Source: a virus | Taxonomy: Duplodnaviria > Caudoviricetes | Strand: one strand, 5' to 3' | Length of the DNA stretch: 57,058 nt | IMG/VR virus record: IMGVR_UViG_3300033146_005660 | Location: 1 to 57,058 of that record | Part shown: piece by piece, positions 7,639-18,907 of the stretch | How positions within the stretch are numbered: position 1 is the first letter of the stretch | Layout of the letters: every line of letters begins with the position of its first letter | The notes under the pieces: generated by a model | Database searches by the model: none | Seen by the model: the letters and a program-made list of their open reading frames with translations, nothing else | Told to the model about the DNA's origin: nothing | Position numbers and translations under genes: made by a program

Positions 7639-8474
7639 AACGCATTATCACACATGGTCGCAAGGCTCACCGTGATGACTTCCTGGCCGTGGCGCTCGCC
7701 CTGGCCATCTACGGGGTCATGCCGGTTTTCCGCCGGGACCCCACGGAAGAGGAGCTGGACGACCCCGAGGTTCTCGTGCTCGATGTCGGGGGACAACACA
7801 ACCCTGAACGCAACAACTTCGACCACCACCAATTCCACAAGTCGCACGAGCCCGAGTGCGCGCTCTCCCTGTTCGTGCGCGCACAAGACCTCGAGGACGA
7901 CTTCAAGCTGAGGCCCTGGTGGGAGTTCACCGTGGTCAAGGATGCCCAGGGTCCCAGAGCGGCAGCGAAGACTTTGGGTCTGGATTCCCTGCACGTGGGT
8001 CTCCAGAGTCCTGTGGAGAGCATCCTGCTTCATATGTTCTCCGGGAAGACATGGCTCAGCATCGAAATCACGGAGCTTATGAAAATGTTTGGCAAAGAGC
8101 TCCTCGAGTACACCAAACGGTACGCTCAAGATTACCGCGAGGTCCGTAGCCTCGTGGATATCCAGGAGATCGGAGGGGAGAAAACATTGGTAGCTCATAG
8201 GAGCACGGGGGGAACAATGAACGGTATCCTCGGGAGATACCATGAGCTCGAGCATCCCGACGCAGTGCTCAGCATATCCCCGAGCCCCGATAAAGGTGCC
8301 TCGTGGGCCATCTACCGGTTCGACAGAGCAGATGTCGATCTCTCTCATCTTGAGGGAAATAGCGATATCAAGTTTGCCCACCGAAGTGGGCATCTGGCTA
8401 TTCTCAGGAACGGCCTAAAACTTCAACGAGCCATCGATCTCGCCGAGCTCGCCATCATCTGGGATCGACAATGA
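7635..8474 (+). CDS. MYG1/UPF0160-family DHH-like exonuclease
   Basis: ITH..AHRDD, LDVGG, FDHHQ and FAHRSG motifs; ATGA overlap. Confidence 0.85.
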   Translation: MKRIITHGRKAHRDDFLAVALALAIYGVMPVFRRDPTEEELDDPEVLVLDVGGQHNPERNNFDHHQFHKSHEPECALSLFVRAQDLEDDFKLRPWWEFTVVKDAQGPRAAAKTLGLDSLHVGLQSPVESILLHMFSGKTWLSIEITELMKMFGKELLEYTKRYAQDYREVRSLVDIQEIGGEKTLVAHRSTGGTMNGILGRYHELEHPDAVLSISPSPDKGASWAIYRFDRADVDLSHLEGNSDIKFAHRSGHLAILRNGLKLQRAIDLAELAIIWDRQ

Positions 8475-9691
8475 ACCCGGAGCGACGGCGACGAGAGTAC
8501 GGAAATGCTCACGTGGCATGGTTACACACGGATACCATGTCACTACCGCTTCTCACCGCGTTCATCGGTGAGAAGAACAAGGAAATTTCCCCCCTGCAAC
8601 TCAAGGAGGTTCTCAGGGGGCAACCTCCAAGCGTTCCGGGAGACAAGTTCCTCTGGCAGATATCCATGCTCGTCGAGCACGAGAACCAGACAGAGGAATT
8701 TCTGGAGAGCGAAAACTCCACTTTCTGGAGCACCATGTTCCAGTCTGTCTTGACAGCCCTGGGTAGCACCTTGGCCGCAAGTGACACCCCGAAGTCCATG
8801 CTTAACCACGTGGCGGCCATGCATGTTCACAACACGCACATGAACTACATGGTTCGCAAGAGCGGCGGGCAGACGTTCATGCTCTCCCAGGGTCTCACTG
8901 ACCGACTCATGCTCACGGACGTCGGGCACGCCGACGTAGCGGACGTCCACCTTCCGTTCGACGCCTTTATCCTCCAGATTCCCCGGGGGATGTTCCAAAT
9001 CCGCGACGAGCGAACAGAAGAGCACGAGGTTGATTCGGTTCTGGTCTGCAAAGGCCATAGGCTCGACGGAGAGCGAAAGATCTCACTCCTCATTGGCGGC
9101 GCAGAAAACGAGAACAGCGTAAACATCGGGGATGAGGCCGTGTTCTACTCAAACGTTCTCATGGACAGCGGGACAATCCACGAGAACATTGAGAGGGGTA
9201 TCGACGAGTTCCAGGACGTCCCAGGTAACTACACAGCAGAGGAGGTTCTCAAAAACCTGAGGTCCGGTGAGGTCTCCGGACCGGACTCGTACAGGAAGAT
9301 CGTGAACTTCGTACTCGCCTCCATCCTGTACATCACGGATTTCCCCGAGGACCGCAAGAGGTACCTCGGAGACGAAATTGAAGCACTTGAAGAACGCCTG
9401 AAAAGAAAAGGCGGGAAGGGAAGAAAGAACGCGAAGGCAAAGCTTCGCAGGCTCCAGAGAAAATCCCACGCAGTGCAAATCGTGGGTGCGGACATCGAGG
9501 TGGACTCAAAAATGACGGAGGCTGCCCGTGAGTCCGTTCGTGAAATTAAGGTGTCCTCGTACGTTCGGGGACACCGGAAAATGCAACCCTACGGTCCAGA
9601 GCGTTCATTCAGGAAACCGATCTGGGTCCAACCATACTGGCGCAACCTCGGCAATGAGCCGGTGAAGCGTCCATATCACGTCCAAAAGTAG
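8471..9691 (+). CDS. Phage hypothetical protein, 406 aa
   Basis: Long coupled ORF; C-terminal VRGH..QPYGP..RK.IW.QPYW motif common in phage proteins. Confidence 0.8.
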   Translation: MNPERRRREYGNAHVAWLHTDTMSLPLLTAFIGEKNKEISPLQLKEVLRGQPPSVPGDKFLWQISMLVEHENQTEEFLESENSTFWSTMFQSVLTALGSTLAASDTPKSMLNHVAAMHVHNTHMNYMVRKSGGQTFMLSQGLTDRLMLTDVGHADVADVHLPFDAFILQIPRGMFQIRDERTEEHEVDSVLVCKGHRLDGERKISLLIGGAENENSVNIGDEAVFYSNVLMDSGTIHENIERGIDEFQDVPGNYTAEEVLKNLRSGEVSGPDSYRKIVNFVLASILYITDFPEDRKRYLGDEIEALEERLKRKGGKGRKNAKAKLRRLQRKSHAVQIVGADIEVDSKMTEAARESVREIKVSSYVRGHRKMQPYGPERSFRKPIWVQPYWRNLGNEPVKRPYHVQK

Positions 9692-9701
9692 GAGAAAAAC
9701 C

Positions 9702-10522
<821 letters not shown>

Positions 10523-10523
<1 letters not shown>

Positions 10524-10963
10524 TGGAGGTCATTATCCTCATGGGCATACGGGGTTCCGGGAAAACATCGTATGCCCAATCAAAGTTTCCCAAACACCTA
10601 AGGTGTTCCGCAGACGAGTGGTTCACTGACCGGCACGGAAAGTACAAGTTCCTCGAAGACCAGTTGCCCATCGCGAATGGGTACTGCTTCAGGAAATACT
10701 CACTGTCCGTGGGCCGAATGGATCTCGTTGTTGACAATCCAAACACCCGCCTATGGGAGGTTTCCCCGTACATCGCGTTGGCCGAGAGCTACTCGACCTT
10801 CGTGAAAGTCGTGTTCCTCGATGTCCCCCTGGAGCTTGCGCTGAAAAAAGCGGCGCATCTCCCAGAGCAGATCATCCGGGACCAACACGAACAAATACAA
10901 CAGTCCGTGGACGCATGGCCCGCGGAATTTCCGACACTCGAAATGGTGTCAACAGGAGAATGA
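10523..10963 (+). CDS. AAA_33/N4BP2-like polynucleotide kinase
   Basis: MGIRGSGKTS Walker A, SADEWF, LVVDNPN. Confidence 0.85.
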
Positions 10964-10964
10964 A

Positions 10965-11348
10965 ATGCCAAAAACAAACACAAACACAGACAAAAAATCT
11001 CTCGTCGCCTCGCTGCTCGGGGCATCATTGCTCGCCCTCGGTGCATCCGTCTACGGCATCTACCGCCTTAAGAAGGACAACGAGAAGCAGGTGAAGAAGT
11101 TCGTCAAGGACTACGACCGGCTCAGCGATGAACTCTCGCGGGTGGACATGGGGCGCAACGAGCTCCGCGACGAAGTCCGGGACCTCCGACATTTGCTCGA
11201 CAACGAGCGCCACCTGACCATAGGGGAATTGACAGACAAGATGTCGAACCTCGTTCTCCAGATGGAAGTGGAGAACGAGGTCTCCGAGAAGCGTCAAAAG
11301 GTCAAGGGCAAGATCTTGGAGTTCGTCTCCAAGATGAGCACCAAGTAG
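10965..11348 (+). CDS. Membrane-anchored coiled-coil protein
   Basis: AGGAG RBS; N-terminal hydrophobic helix followed by a heptad-rich region. Confidence 0.75.
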   Translation: MPKTNTNTDKKSLVASLLGASLLALGASVYGIYRLKKDNEKQVKKFVKDYDRLSDELSRVDMGRNELRDEVRDLRHLLDNERHLTIGELTDKMSNLVLQMEVENEVSEKRQKVKGKILEFVSKMSTK

Positions 11349-11370
11349 ACAGCTAGACCACGTCCTACAT

Positions 11371-11404
11371 GAAGAGCGTTAACCACACGCTCTTCTTTAG
11401 CTAT
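11371..11404 (+). terminator. Hairpin + TTTAGCTAT terminator motif
   Basis: GAAGAGCGT-TAACCAC-ACGCTCTTC-TTTAGCTAT. Confidence 0.7.
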
Positions 11405-13110
11405 CAGTATCTCCCTTGGGAAATCATCCCCGCCAAGCGAGAGTAGATCTGAGAGTGCATGGCGTCATCGGGCTGGTCGATGGGGTGATCGTAATACATG
11501 GTCTTCTGGCGCTCGTTGTAGTCGATGTACACGCCAAGCGTGTCCTTTGCGAACCTCGCGTACTCCTCCCATCTCGCGTACATGATCTGTTGATGCTTGA
11601 GGGCATCGATGTAGTTAGAGATCGCCATGGAACGGTTGACCTTGAAGTTGAAGGCCAGGTCGTCCCATTTGATGCGCTCGCGCATCTTCCCCACGTAGTT
11701 GAATTCCATCACGCGCTGACGACCAAGCTTATTGATCAGATGGCTATTCATCCCCCAGCCATGACCATAGTCGACGCCCAAGATTTTCACGTTGAACCGG
11801 TGGAACAGGCGAACGATGTCCTCCTTGACGAACTCCGGGTCAATCTCGGCCCCCTCATACTTTTTGATAAAAAACGGCCAGAAGAGGTCTTCATCGAGAA
11901 AAGTCCCGATCGTTAGGACCGTGAAGGATGCATGCCGCTTCTTCCCCCCGACAACCTTGCCCTCGGACCGACCCTCTCCCCAGTCGACACCGCCAAAGTT
12001 GTCACGTCCGAGGAGCTCGCGGTACGGCTCGAGAATAAGGTGCTCCGAGTCGATTCCGCTCTTCTTGTTGATAGGCCAGCAGCACTGCATGATTTCCGTC
12101 TGAGTAACAGGCTTCGATGCTTGGTCGTGGCTCTCCCCGAGGACCTCGTTATAAAAGACGGCTGGAGGCCAGTTGTCTCGCTTCCAGACAATGTCCTTTT
12201 TCCAGCGATCCCCGCCTTGCTTCCAGGGGACCATAAGCTGCGTAACATGGAATCCCGTGTACTCACCGCCCGGGTTGGTGACCACCCATCGACCTTCTTC
12301 GGGATGAATCCTGTTGCCGCACTTTCCGCAGATAAGTCCATCGTTCCCGATGTTATCGAGGCCCAGGACGTTCCAGTGGATTGGTGTGTGCATATTGCAG
12401 GGAATGGCCCACTCCATCTGGGTCGACCACTGCCAATACTCCTCGATGGTGTTGTCCAGCGTCTTGGGCGTTCCCGCGTAGAGTTCGTATGCGTACTCAG
12501 AGAAGCTCAGAGACTCCGCAATGACTTTGACGTTGTCCTTGAGTATGTCCTGTATCTCATCCAGGTAAAGCCTGTCAGCGGGGATACCACGCGCTCTGTC
12601 AGCGGACAGGAAGGCATAACGGAGGAAAATGTGCGCGGCGTTCGTGAACGTCTTCTCGTAGACCTGGTCAATGCACTTCTTGTCCGTGAAGTGGTCGTGA
12701 ACGATCGGAGAGTCATTGATAGTCGGCGTCAGCTTCTCATTGGAAAACTGGCGGGTCTGCATTGAGCTCGGGCTCACATACAAGGTCCTGAATGCCTCGT
12801 AGACAATGGACTCGGCCACCATGAGGTTGGCCAACGTGGTCGACTTGGCTACCTGCCTTCCACACTTGAGGATGGTGAGCTGCGTGCTCGAGTCATAGAC
12901 GGGGAGGAAGAACCTGTGCTGATCTAATCTTAAAGGCTTCCTACGGTGCACCAGGAGGGCCTGAGCCACGCTTGACCTTGTAGCGCTGATGATCGTCTTC
13001 TTCTTCCCCTTGTGCCTCCCAGTCCCGTGTATGACCTTCCTGCGAGCAGGAAACTTCCTCCCATCATCTTTTTTGTCAAATTCGGACTGATCTTGTAAAC
13101 TCATTTCCAT
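11404..13110 (-). CDS. terL: Terminase large subunit
   Basis: GRQVAKST Walker A, LYLDEIQD Walker B, GTPKT motif III, GVDWG and PDDAMH nuclease motifs. Confidence 0.9.
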   Translation of the reverse strand: MEMSLQDQSEFDKKDDGRKFPARRKVIHGTGRHKGKKKTIISATRSSVAQALLVHRRKPLRLDQHRFFLPVYDSSTQLTILKCGRQVAKSTTLANLMVAESIVYEAFRTLYVSPSSMQTRQFSNEKLTPTINDSPIVHDHFTDKKCIDQVYEKTFTNAAHIFLRYAFLSADRARGIPADRLYLDEIQDILKDNVKVIAESLSFSEYAYELYAGTPKTLDNTIEEYWQWSTQMEWAIPCNMHTPIHWNVLGLDNIGNDGLICGKCGNRIHPEEGRWVVTNPGGEYTGFHVTQLMVPWKQGGDRWKKDIVWKRDNWPPAVFYNEVLGESHDQASKPVTQTEIMQCCWPINKKSGIDSEHLILEPYRELLGRDNFGGVDWGEGRSEGKVVGGKKRHASFTVLTIGTFLDEDLFWPFFIKKYEGAEIDPEFVKEDIVRLFHRFNVKILGVDYGHGWGMNSHLINKLGRQRVMEFNYVGKMRERIKWDDLAFNFKVNRSMAISNYIDALKHQQIMYARWEEYARFAKDTLGVYIDYNERQKTMYYDHPIDQPDDAMHSQIYSRLAGMISQGRY

Positions 13111-13142
13111 TACTTTCCGTTTTTTTTTGTAATGTAGCTACG

Positions 13143-13239
13143 TCAAAAAATATATAAGCCTTCCAGTCTCAGATCTTTTCCACAGACACTCTCTCTCGTA
13201 GAAAACGCTCAGAAAACCAAACCTTATATATTTTTTTGA
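13143..13239. repeat. AT-rich inverted repeat in the intergenic region
   Basis: TCAAAAAATATATAAG (13143-13158) versus CTTATATATTTTTTTGA (13223-13239). Confidence 0.8.
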
Positions 13240-13367
13240 TTTTCGTTGAAATCATTGAACAACTACATATTCCGACATGTAGCATATGTGTTCCATCTTA
13301 CCTAAAAAGAGATGAAAGCAAGTGCTCACAACAGTAAAAAGTGAATACCCCCTAAAGTGGTATACTT

Positions 13368-14219
13368 TCAGTTCTCGGTGTCGGATAGTTCTTCCAATGT
13401 GGGGAACTGTGGTTCTGTAAAGTCGAACCGTAACTGCAACTCCTCATCGAGATCCATGTCCGAGTCATTGGTGAACCGAACCTTCTTCTCTCCGGCAACC
13501 ATGGCCATGGTCGCCCATCGTTGAGCCATTGGGTCCATTAGCGGGACGTCGACGAGGTTCTTGAACTTGTAGTAAGAGCTCACCATGATGTCGTTCAGGA
13601 TGGCCTCGTAGCTGATCGACGGGGTAACCCCTAACGTTTGCTCAATGAACTCCCTGGAGCCCCCCTCGCGCCCTATGAGGAGCTTGTTTCGCTCCTCCGG
13701 GGATACCCCCCTAAGAAGACCCCTCCAGTCCCGTGGGCTCATCTTCTTGAAGTTGAAGAAGTAGGCCTGCCCCCGCGTTATGACATCATGGTCGATCACC
13801 CGGCTGAATCTGGTGAGAAACGTTGACACGATGTCATCGTGGTCAAAGTCCCTCATCAGCAACAAGGACATGGCTGTCCGGTAGCGTGGGTCTGAGAAGA
13901 TATCAAACGCGTCTTGAAGCGCCTTTGAATCAGTCGTGAGGACCCTGTGGGATGTTTTTATGAACTCCGGCTGGAGCTCCCACATCTCCCTGATTCCGTG
14001 GGATTCGGTCCAGTCGATGAAAGCCTTCTTGGAAGCTATCTTGTCTGACTTGGATTTGAAGTAGGATCGAACGGCGGGGGGAAGGTTTCCGGAGAAGAGA
14101 TTCTTGGACAGAAGTTCATTCTCTGTTAGTTCCGGAAGTCCAAGGCTTTGTAGTGTCCCGTTGACATCGGCCTTTCTCGTAATGAGAAACGATATGAACA
14201 GGTCGTATGGGTAACGCAT
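13368..14219 (-). CDS. Hypothetical protein (possible terminase small subunit, by position only)
   Basis: 283-aa ORF directly upstream of terL. Confidence 0.7.
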   Translation of the reverse strand: MRYPYDLFISFLITRKADVNGTLQSLGLPELTENELLSKNLFSGNLPPAVRSYFKSKSDKIASKKAFIDWTESHGIREMWELQPEFIKTSHRVLTTDSKALQDAFDIFSDPRYRTAMSLLLMRDFDHDDIVSTFLTRFSRVIDHDVITRGQAYFFNFKKMSPRDWRGLLRGVSPEERNKLLIGREGGSREFIEQTLGVTPSISYEAILNDIMVSSYYKFKNLVDVPLMDPMAQRWATMAMVAGEKKVRFTNDSDMDLDEELQLRFDFTEPQFPTLEELSDTEN

Positions 14220-14228
14220 AGTAAGAAT

Positions 14229-14237
14229 ATTTTACCA
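14229..14237 (-). promoter_or_regulatory. Extended -10 element TGGTAAAAT
   Basis: TGn-TAAAAT ending about 10 nt upstream of ATG 14219. Confidence 0.4.
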
Positions 14238-14244
14238 TATTCTA

Positions 14245-16275
14245 CTAGTTGTCCACCCGGTCCATATGAAGTCCAATTCTCTTCAGTCCATCGATCACCT
14301 TGACGATCTCCCTGATGGCCGTCTTAGAAGAGCTTTCAGGGATATTGTTCATTCCGAGTCGTGAGGCAATCAGAAGCTTCGACAGGGCGCTCACCGTGCT
14401 CTTAAGTTTTGGTATGTACTTGATGAGCTTTCCTACGTTCTCCGGGTTGATGAAACCGAGGGAGAGAATGGCGTCAACCGTGTCGGCATCATCGAGGGCG
14501 GATGCCTCCTTGACCAGGTTTACACGGAGCGACCTGACGGCTTTGTCGAAAAGGGATGGTCCCTTCTCCGAGGCCACCTTGGGGAACTCAAGGCCGTGGA
14601 CTCTTCGAGTTCCGTTCTGCGGGATATCCAGGACATCGCCAATCCTTCCAAGGGGACAACCGAATGAGGCGAGAACGAACTTTGCGTCCTCGATACCGAG
14701 AGCATCGAAATCCATCTCAACGCCATTGACGGATTTGTAGGCGTCGAGTCCAGCGGCCTTAAAGATATACGACCCGTTGCTCTTCATGACACTCAGGGGA
14801 TTTGCACTCATTCTCCCAGATGCGAACTTGGCATGCTCGTCGGCCGATGTCGCAATAGCCTTCTCCGGGAAGAGCTCGATGAACTTCATCTTTTGCGGGA
14901 CCACGTAGATATTGGACACCGTGGGCATGGTCTTGGTGTCCTTGATCTTCGTGATGCCCTCGGCGACCGGGGAGAATGTGATCGCCGCGTCATTCCCCTT
15001 GAAGTCCTTGATCTTCAGGACCTCGTTGCTTTCCCCGAACACCGTGGATGCGATGACCCTGAAGGGCTCCGTGGACAACGCTTGGCCTTTATCGTTGATG
15101 TGCACGAGGATGCCCATCTTGCCGGGCTCCGGGCGAGTTTTGGGGAGTTCAAACTCGTCATCAGGCTGTGGCATACCAAAGATGTCCGGCTTGATCGAGG
15201 ACATGGAGCGACCCGCAAACACTTTGATGCTCGAGGGTTTTCCATCAAGCGTCACCACGTTCGGGAACACGAAACCCGTGCTTGACACGCCACCTGCATC
15301 ACGGACCTTGTAGAGACCGAACTTCTTTGCACTCACGGGGGCGAACTGGTCTTCTTTCGTGTCGAATAGGAGAACTTCCCCGTGAAGCCCAAGGCGGGTC
15401 TTAACGTCCGTGCTCCGCTTCTCGTCAGTCTTCTCGGATGGATGCTTGAGCATCACCTCCCCGTTATGATCAACGCGGCTCACGGCGTTCTGCTCAGCGT
15501 CCGCTGGTCCGACAACCGAGGCCACGAATTGGCGCATTGTCGGACGGTTCACGGTGCTCATGACCGGGTCGTACACGCCCTCGGGGTTTCCGAGGATGTT
15601 GTACTGGTTCCTCCCGAGCTTGCGAACCTGGATGACTGATTTTTTGGACGGACGACCCTTGGGCTTATCCTTTCCGGCAATCTTAGAGAGCGCGCTGAAG
15701 ACGTGGTACGTGCCGTTCCGGTGAGACGAGGCAAGAATCTCTTCTGAGCCCGCTGTCTTCCTGAACTCGTCAGCGTCGTCACTCCAGATGCTTGTCACGA
15801 TCTGTTGAAGAATTGAGTGATCATCGGAGGACTGGACATATCGCCCGCCGGCCATAGGGGGGAGCGTGCTGTTGTTTGATCCGGCGCCAAACGACGATGC
15901 CCCGTCCGTTCTCGAGATGAGCTCCTCGGAAATCCCTCCCCCTGAAAAGATCTCGGAGATCGTATTAGAGTTCAATGGGTACGCGTGGGCTCCGGACAGA
16001 ACGGTATCCAGCGGAGCAAGGTGCCACTGCTTAATGATCACAGGGATACCCACGGAGTCCTTTCCGGACCTGAGAACAACGGAGCCGACCCCATACCCCT
16101 TGCTGTCGTCGACCTTCTGCCAGTGGATCGATGGCTTGACGCCGAGCTCCACGGGGAGAACGGACGCGAGGATCCCGAGAATCTGCTCATCCCATTCGTT
16201 CACGTTGTCCGATAGCTTGTGATGGTGGGATTGTTGGAACGTCTGGTCTGTCGAAAAGATAATCTCAATGCCCAT
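14245..16275 (-). CDS. Putative virion/head protein, 676 aa
   Basis: Long ORF in the structural block; several K-x-A motifs (KTAG, KIAG, KFAS, KVAS, KEAS). Confidence 0.7.
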   Translation of the reverse strand: MGIEIIFSTDQTFQQSHHHKLSDNVNEWDEQILGILASVLPVELGVKPSIHWQKVDDSKGYGVGSVVLRSGKDSVGIPVIIKQWHLAPLDTVLSGAHAYPLNSNTISEIFSGGGISEELISRTDGASSFGAGSNNSTLPPMAGGRYVQSSDDHSILQQIVTSIWSDDADEFRKTAGSEEILASSHRNGTYHVFSALSKIAGKDKPKGRPSKKSVIQVRKLGRNQYNILGNPEGVYDPVMSTVNRPTMRQFVASVVGPADAEQNAVSRVDHNGEVMLKHPSEKTDEKRSTDVKTRLGLHGEVLLFDTKEDQFAPVSAKKFGLYKVRDAGGVSSTGFVFPNVVTLDGKPSSIKVFAGRSMSSIKPDIFGMPQPDDEFELPKTRPEPGKMGILVHINDKGQALSTEPFRVIASTVFGESNEVLKIKDFKGNDAAITFSPVAEGITKIKDTKTMPTVSNIYVVPQKMKFIELFPEKAIATSADEHAKFASGRMSANPLSVMKSNGSYIFKAAGLDAYKSVNGVEMDFDALGIEDAKFVLASFGCPLGRIGDVLDIPQNGTRRVHGLEFPKVASEKGPSLFDKAVRSLRVNLVKEASALDDADTVDAILSLGFINPENVGKLIKYIPKLKSTVSALSKLLIASRLGMNNIPESSSKTAIREIVKVIDGLKRIGLHMDRVDN

Positions 16276-16283
16276 GATGGCTC

Positions 16284-17444
16284 CTATTCAATAACTGCAG
16301 CCGGGATCGGCGTCGTCTTTTGTGTGGAAAAGAAATCTGAGAGGATGGCCTCTTTGATGGGTCCCATTGGCGTAAGGAAGGTTGTTTGCGCCGCCGTGAG
16401 GCTTGCAATGGACTTTCCTAGTACGGCAGCTACGGGGGCTCCTGCGGCCGTCATGGCGTTCGCAAGAATCAATATGGCTGCATTGTTCTGTGGTGGAGTT
16501 GGTGTCGCTGCTGCACTAGTTGCTCCGCCCCCCGCTGCTGTAAGTGCTGCCGTGTACGCCGTGAGTGCTGTCCTGATGGATGTCATTTCCTGGATGAGCT
16601 GCTTTGTGAGCGCAACAAGCTTGTTTCCGAGGACGACTGGTTCATCCGACATGTCACCGAAGTTGATGCTATGAACATTGTCAACATACCAGTTTCCGGA
16701 CTCATCGATATCCCAGGAGAACTCTCGAGTTCCCGTTGCCACGCCACCGGCCGTAACGAGCTTTTCTACCGCGAACCTATGGACCGTGGACCCGTCAACC
16801 TTTCCGTTTTTGACAACAACTTCCGTTCTTGACGGACCCACCTTGTTTTTGAATGTCTCTTCCGTGAGAGCATCCATGTTAACGCCGGCCTTTGTGGCCG
16901 TCCTTCCCGATTCTATACGATATGCATCAGTGAACGCTAGAAGGGTCTGGCTTTTTTGAATGATTCTCTCACCGTGCGGGTGGAGCGTGATTCCCGTAGC
17001 CCCCGTCGATCTGATGCGCACCACGCCCCCTCGTGTCACGGTAACCTCTCCGGTGACCGTGTCGTCATCAAGGGAATGCGGCCTCAGTTGGGCATCGCCC
17101 TCCGTTCCGATCGTTGTGGACTTGTCGTTCTCGGGTTCCCCGTCGTCCTTCCACGCATCTGTTACGGGGCGAACTCTTCCGAGGAGATACCCTTCGGCGT
17201 TGTACACGACGACAAACACGGCGATCCCCTTGGGGAACACGCTCTCTCCAACGCTTGAGACAGCCCTGCACGCAATAATTCTGTTGTCGTGAAGGGCAAC
17301 CTTGTAGTTCCCGTTCTTCATGACCTGACGGATCACGCCCTCTCCGACGTAGATTCCATCCTCTTTGTACAGGTCGGACATGATAACCGACGGGCTCTCC
17401 GAGTGACTCATATCCCCGAATAACGGGCTCTCCGACATGCTCAT
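16284..17444 (-). CDS. Baseplate central spike-like protein
   Basis: N-terminal OB-fold-like region, beta-rich middle, EPVVLGNKL motif, Ala/Thr-rich C-terminus. Confidence 0.6.
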   Translation of the reverse strand: MSMSESPLFGDMSHSESPSVIMSDLYKEDGIYVGEGVIRQVMKNGNYKVALHDNRIIACRAVSSVGESVFPKGIAVFVVVYNAEGYLLGRVRPVTDAWKDDGEPENDKSTTIGTEGDAQLRPHSLDDDTVTGEVTVTRGGVVRIRSTGATGITLHPHGERIIQKSQTLLAFTDAYRIESGRTATKAGVNMDALTEETFKNKVGPSRTEVVVKNGKVDGSTVHRFAVEKLVTAGGVATGTREFSWDIDESGNWYVDNVHSINFGDMSDEPVVLGNKLVALTKQLIQEMTSIRTALTAYTAALTAAGGGATSAAATPTPPQNNAAILILANAMTAAGAPVAAVLGKSIASLTAAQTTFLTPMGPIKEAILSDFFSTQKTTPIPAAVIE

Positions 17445-17462
17445 GTCTTGGGTCCTTTTTGT

Positions 17463-17471
17463 GCCATAAGA
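17463..17471 (+). promoter_or_regulatory. GCCATAAGA motif (putative phage-RNAP promoter)
   Basis: 1-mismatch copy at the start of a plus-strand island. Confidence 0.6.
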
Positions 17472-17516
17472 GAACTATTGTAGGGCGCATTTAGCGCAAA
17501 ATCTAAAGGAGAAGTC

Positions 17517-18545
17517 ATGCAAGGCATTTTAGCACCTGTGGCAGAGTTAGTCAGTGACCAGAGGGAGACGATTGAGGTCGAGGTTGAGAGCGACAGTCTC
17601 ATACCGAGCTTTACCGAGGATGCCGGAGATAGGAAGTTCTGGTTGACGTATGGGGACGACACGTATCCCGTCCTCAAAAAAGGATGGACAAGCTGGTCCT
17701 CCAAAGTCCTCAGACCCGAGTCGAGCAAGGGCAAAGAAAGAAGTCAATGGAGTGACGGGACCATTAGGAAGTTCCTGGACATGACACCCGTTGACCAGGC
17801 CAACAAAGTTGTTCGATCATGGTGGGAGGGGATGCCCCCAGAGACTTGGCATCTCATTAAGTATGTTGACAATGGATCGCGGGGAGACATCAGGTTCGTG
17901 GGAAGCAAGTCATATAAGCTATTTACGAACAAGATGTTCCTTGAGTCGCTGGATGCGGCAAACCTGTCAGACATGATTATTCGCCACAACTCAATTGGCG
18001 AAAACGGTCTCTCACTCCGCGTCACGGAAAAGAAATCCATGTTTCCAGGAAAGGTTGACAAGGATGAGCAGAACGGAAGCTATGAGATATCGATCAGACA
18101 CCTAATCTATGATCTCATCTGCACCAATGGTCTCATGATTATGTTCGGGAAGAACAACATGATTCGACAACGACACATCAACTTTGACATCAACAAGCTC
18201 TACGAGAAGATCGGTGCAGTGTCGGAGGGTTTGGCAAAGTTTCATGAGCTGTCGATGAAGATATTGGATGACATTATTCACATGGTTCCGATGTCAATCC
18301 ACGAAGTCGATGCGGTCATGAGCATGCTTGAGAAAAAGTACGGGGCGACAAAGAGTTTCGTCAATAAAATCTCAGAATCCCTCAAAGATGGACCAAAGAA
18401 TGTCTGGTCACTCATTTCCGACATCACGTACGCGGCAAGAAATCTTCCACTGGTGGATCGAATGCGGTATGAATCCAACGCTGGAAAAATCATGTTCGAC
18501 ATTGCGAAACGAACGCATCACAAGTTCTTGAAGGCGAGGGAATAA
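17517..18545 (+). CDS. DUF932-like protein
   Basis: AAGGAG RBS; LICTNGLM..RQRH motif. Confidence 0.7.
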   Translation: MQGILAPVAELVSDQRETIEVEVESDSLIPSFTEDAGDRKFWLTYGDDTYPVLKKGWTSWSSKVLRPESSKGKERSQWSDGTIRKFLDMTPVDQANKVVRSWWEGMPPETWHLIKYVDNGSRGDIRFVGSKSYKLFTNKMFLESLDAANLSDMIIRHNSIGENGLSLRVTEKKSMFPGKVDKDEQNGSYEISIRHLIYDLICTNGLMIMFGKNNMIRQRHINFDINKLYEKIGAVSEGLAKFHELSMKILDDIIHMVPMSIHEVDAVMSMLEKKYGATKSFVNKISESLKDGPKNVWSLISDITYAARNLPLVDRMRYESNAGKIMFDIAKRTHHKFLKARE

Positions 18546-18907
18546 TGTCAGACGGCGTGAACAAGGTCATTCTCCTTGGAAACCTTGGAGGTGACCCAGA
18601 GCTCCGTGAGACCAAGAGCGGAATATCTGTCTGCAACTTCAGGGTTGCCACGAACACAAGACACGGGCGAGACGACAAGAGGAGGACCCACACCGAGTGG
18701 CATAGCGTCGTCGCCTGGGGAAGAATTGCGGAAATGTGCGCCGAAGACCTCGTTTCGGGGTCCAAGGTCTATATTGATGGGCATCTCCAGACCAAGAAAT
18801 GGGAAGACAAAAGTGGGTCTGTGAGATTCAAAACAGAGGTTGTCGTGGACACGGTTGTGTTCCTTGACGATCACAGAAACTCAGAGGAGAAAGACGATGT
18901 TGAATAA
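18545..18907 (+). CDS. ssb: Single-stranded DNA-binding protein (lacks the C-terminal PF tip)
   Basis: VNKVILLGNLGGDPELR, TEWH, GSKVYIDGHLQTKKW. Confidence 0.95.
   Translation: MSDGVNKVILLGNLGGDPELRETKSGISVCNFRVATNTRHGRDDKRRTHTEWHSVVAWGRIAEMCAEDLVSGSKVYIDGHLQTKKWEDKSGSVRFKTEVVVDTVVFLDDHRNSEEKDDVE

Noticed and set aside
7440-8393. Long antisense or alternate-frame ORFs in the track (e.g. 7440-8393, 11932-12765, 35045-35968)
   Set aside because: Shadows of motif-bearing genes in GC-rich DNA; no RBS or recognisable motifs.
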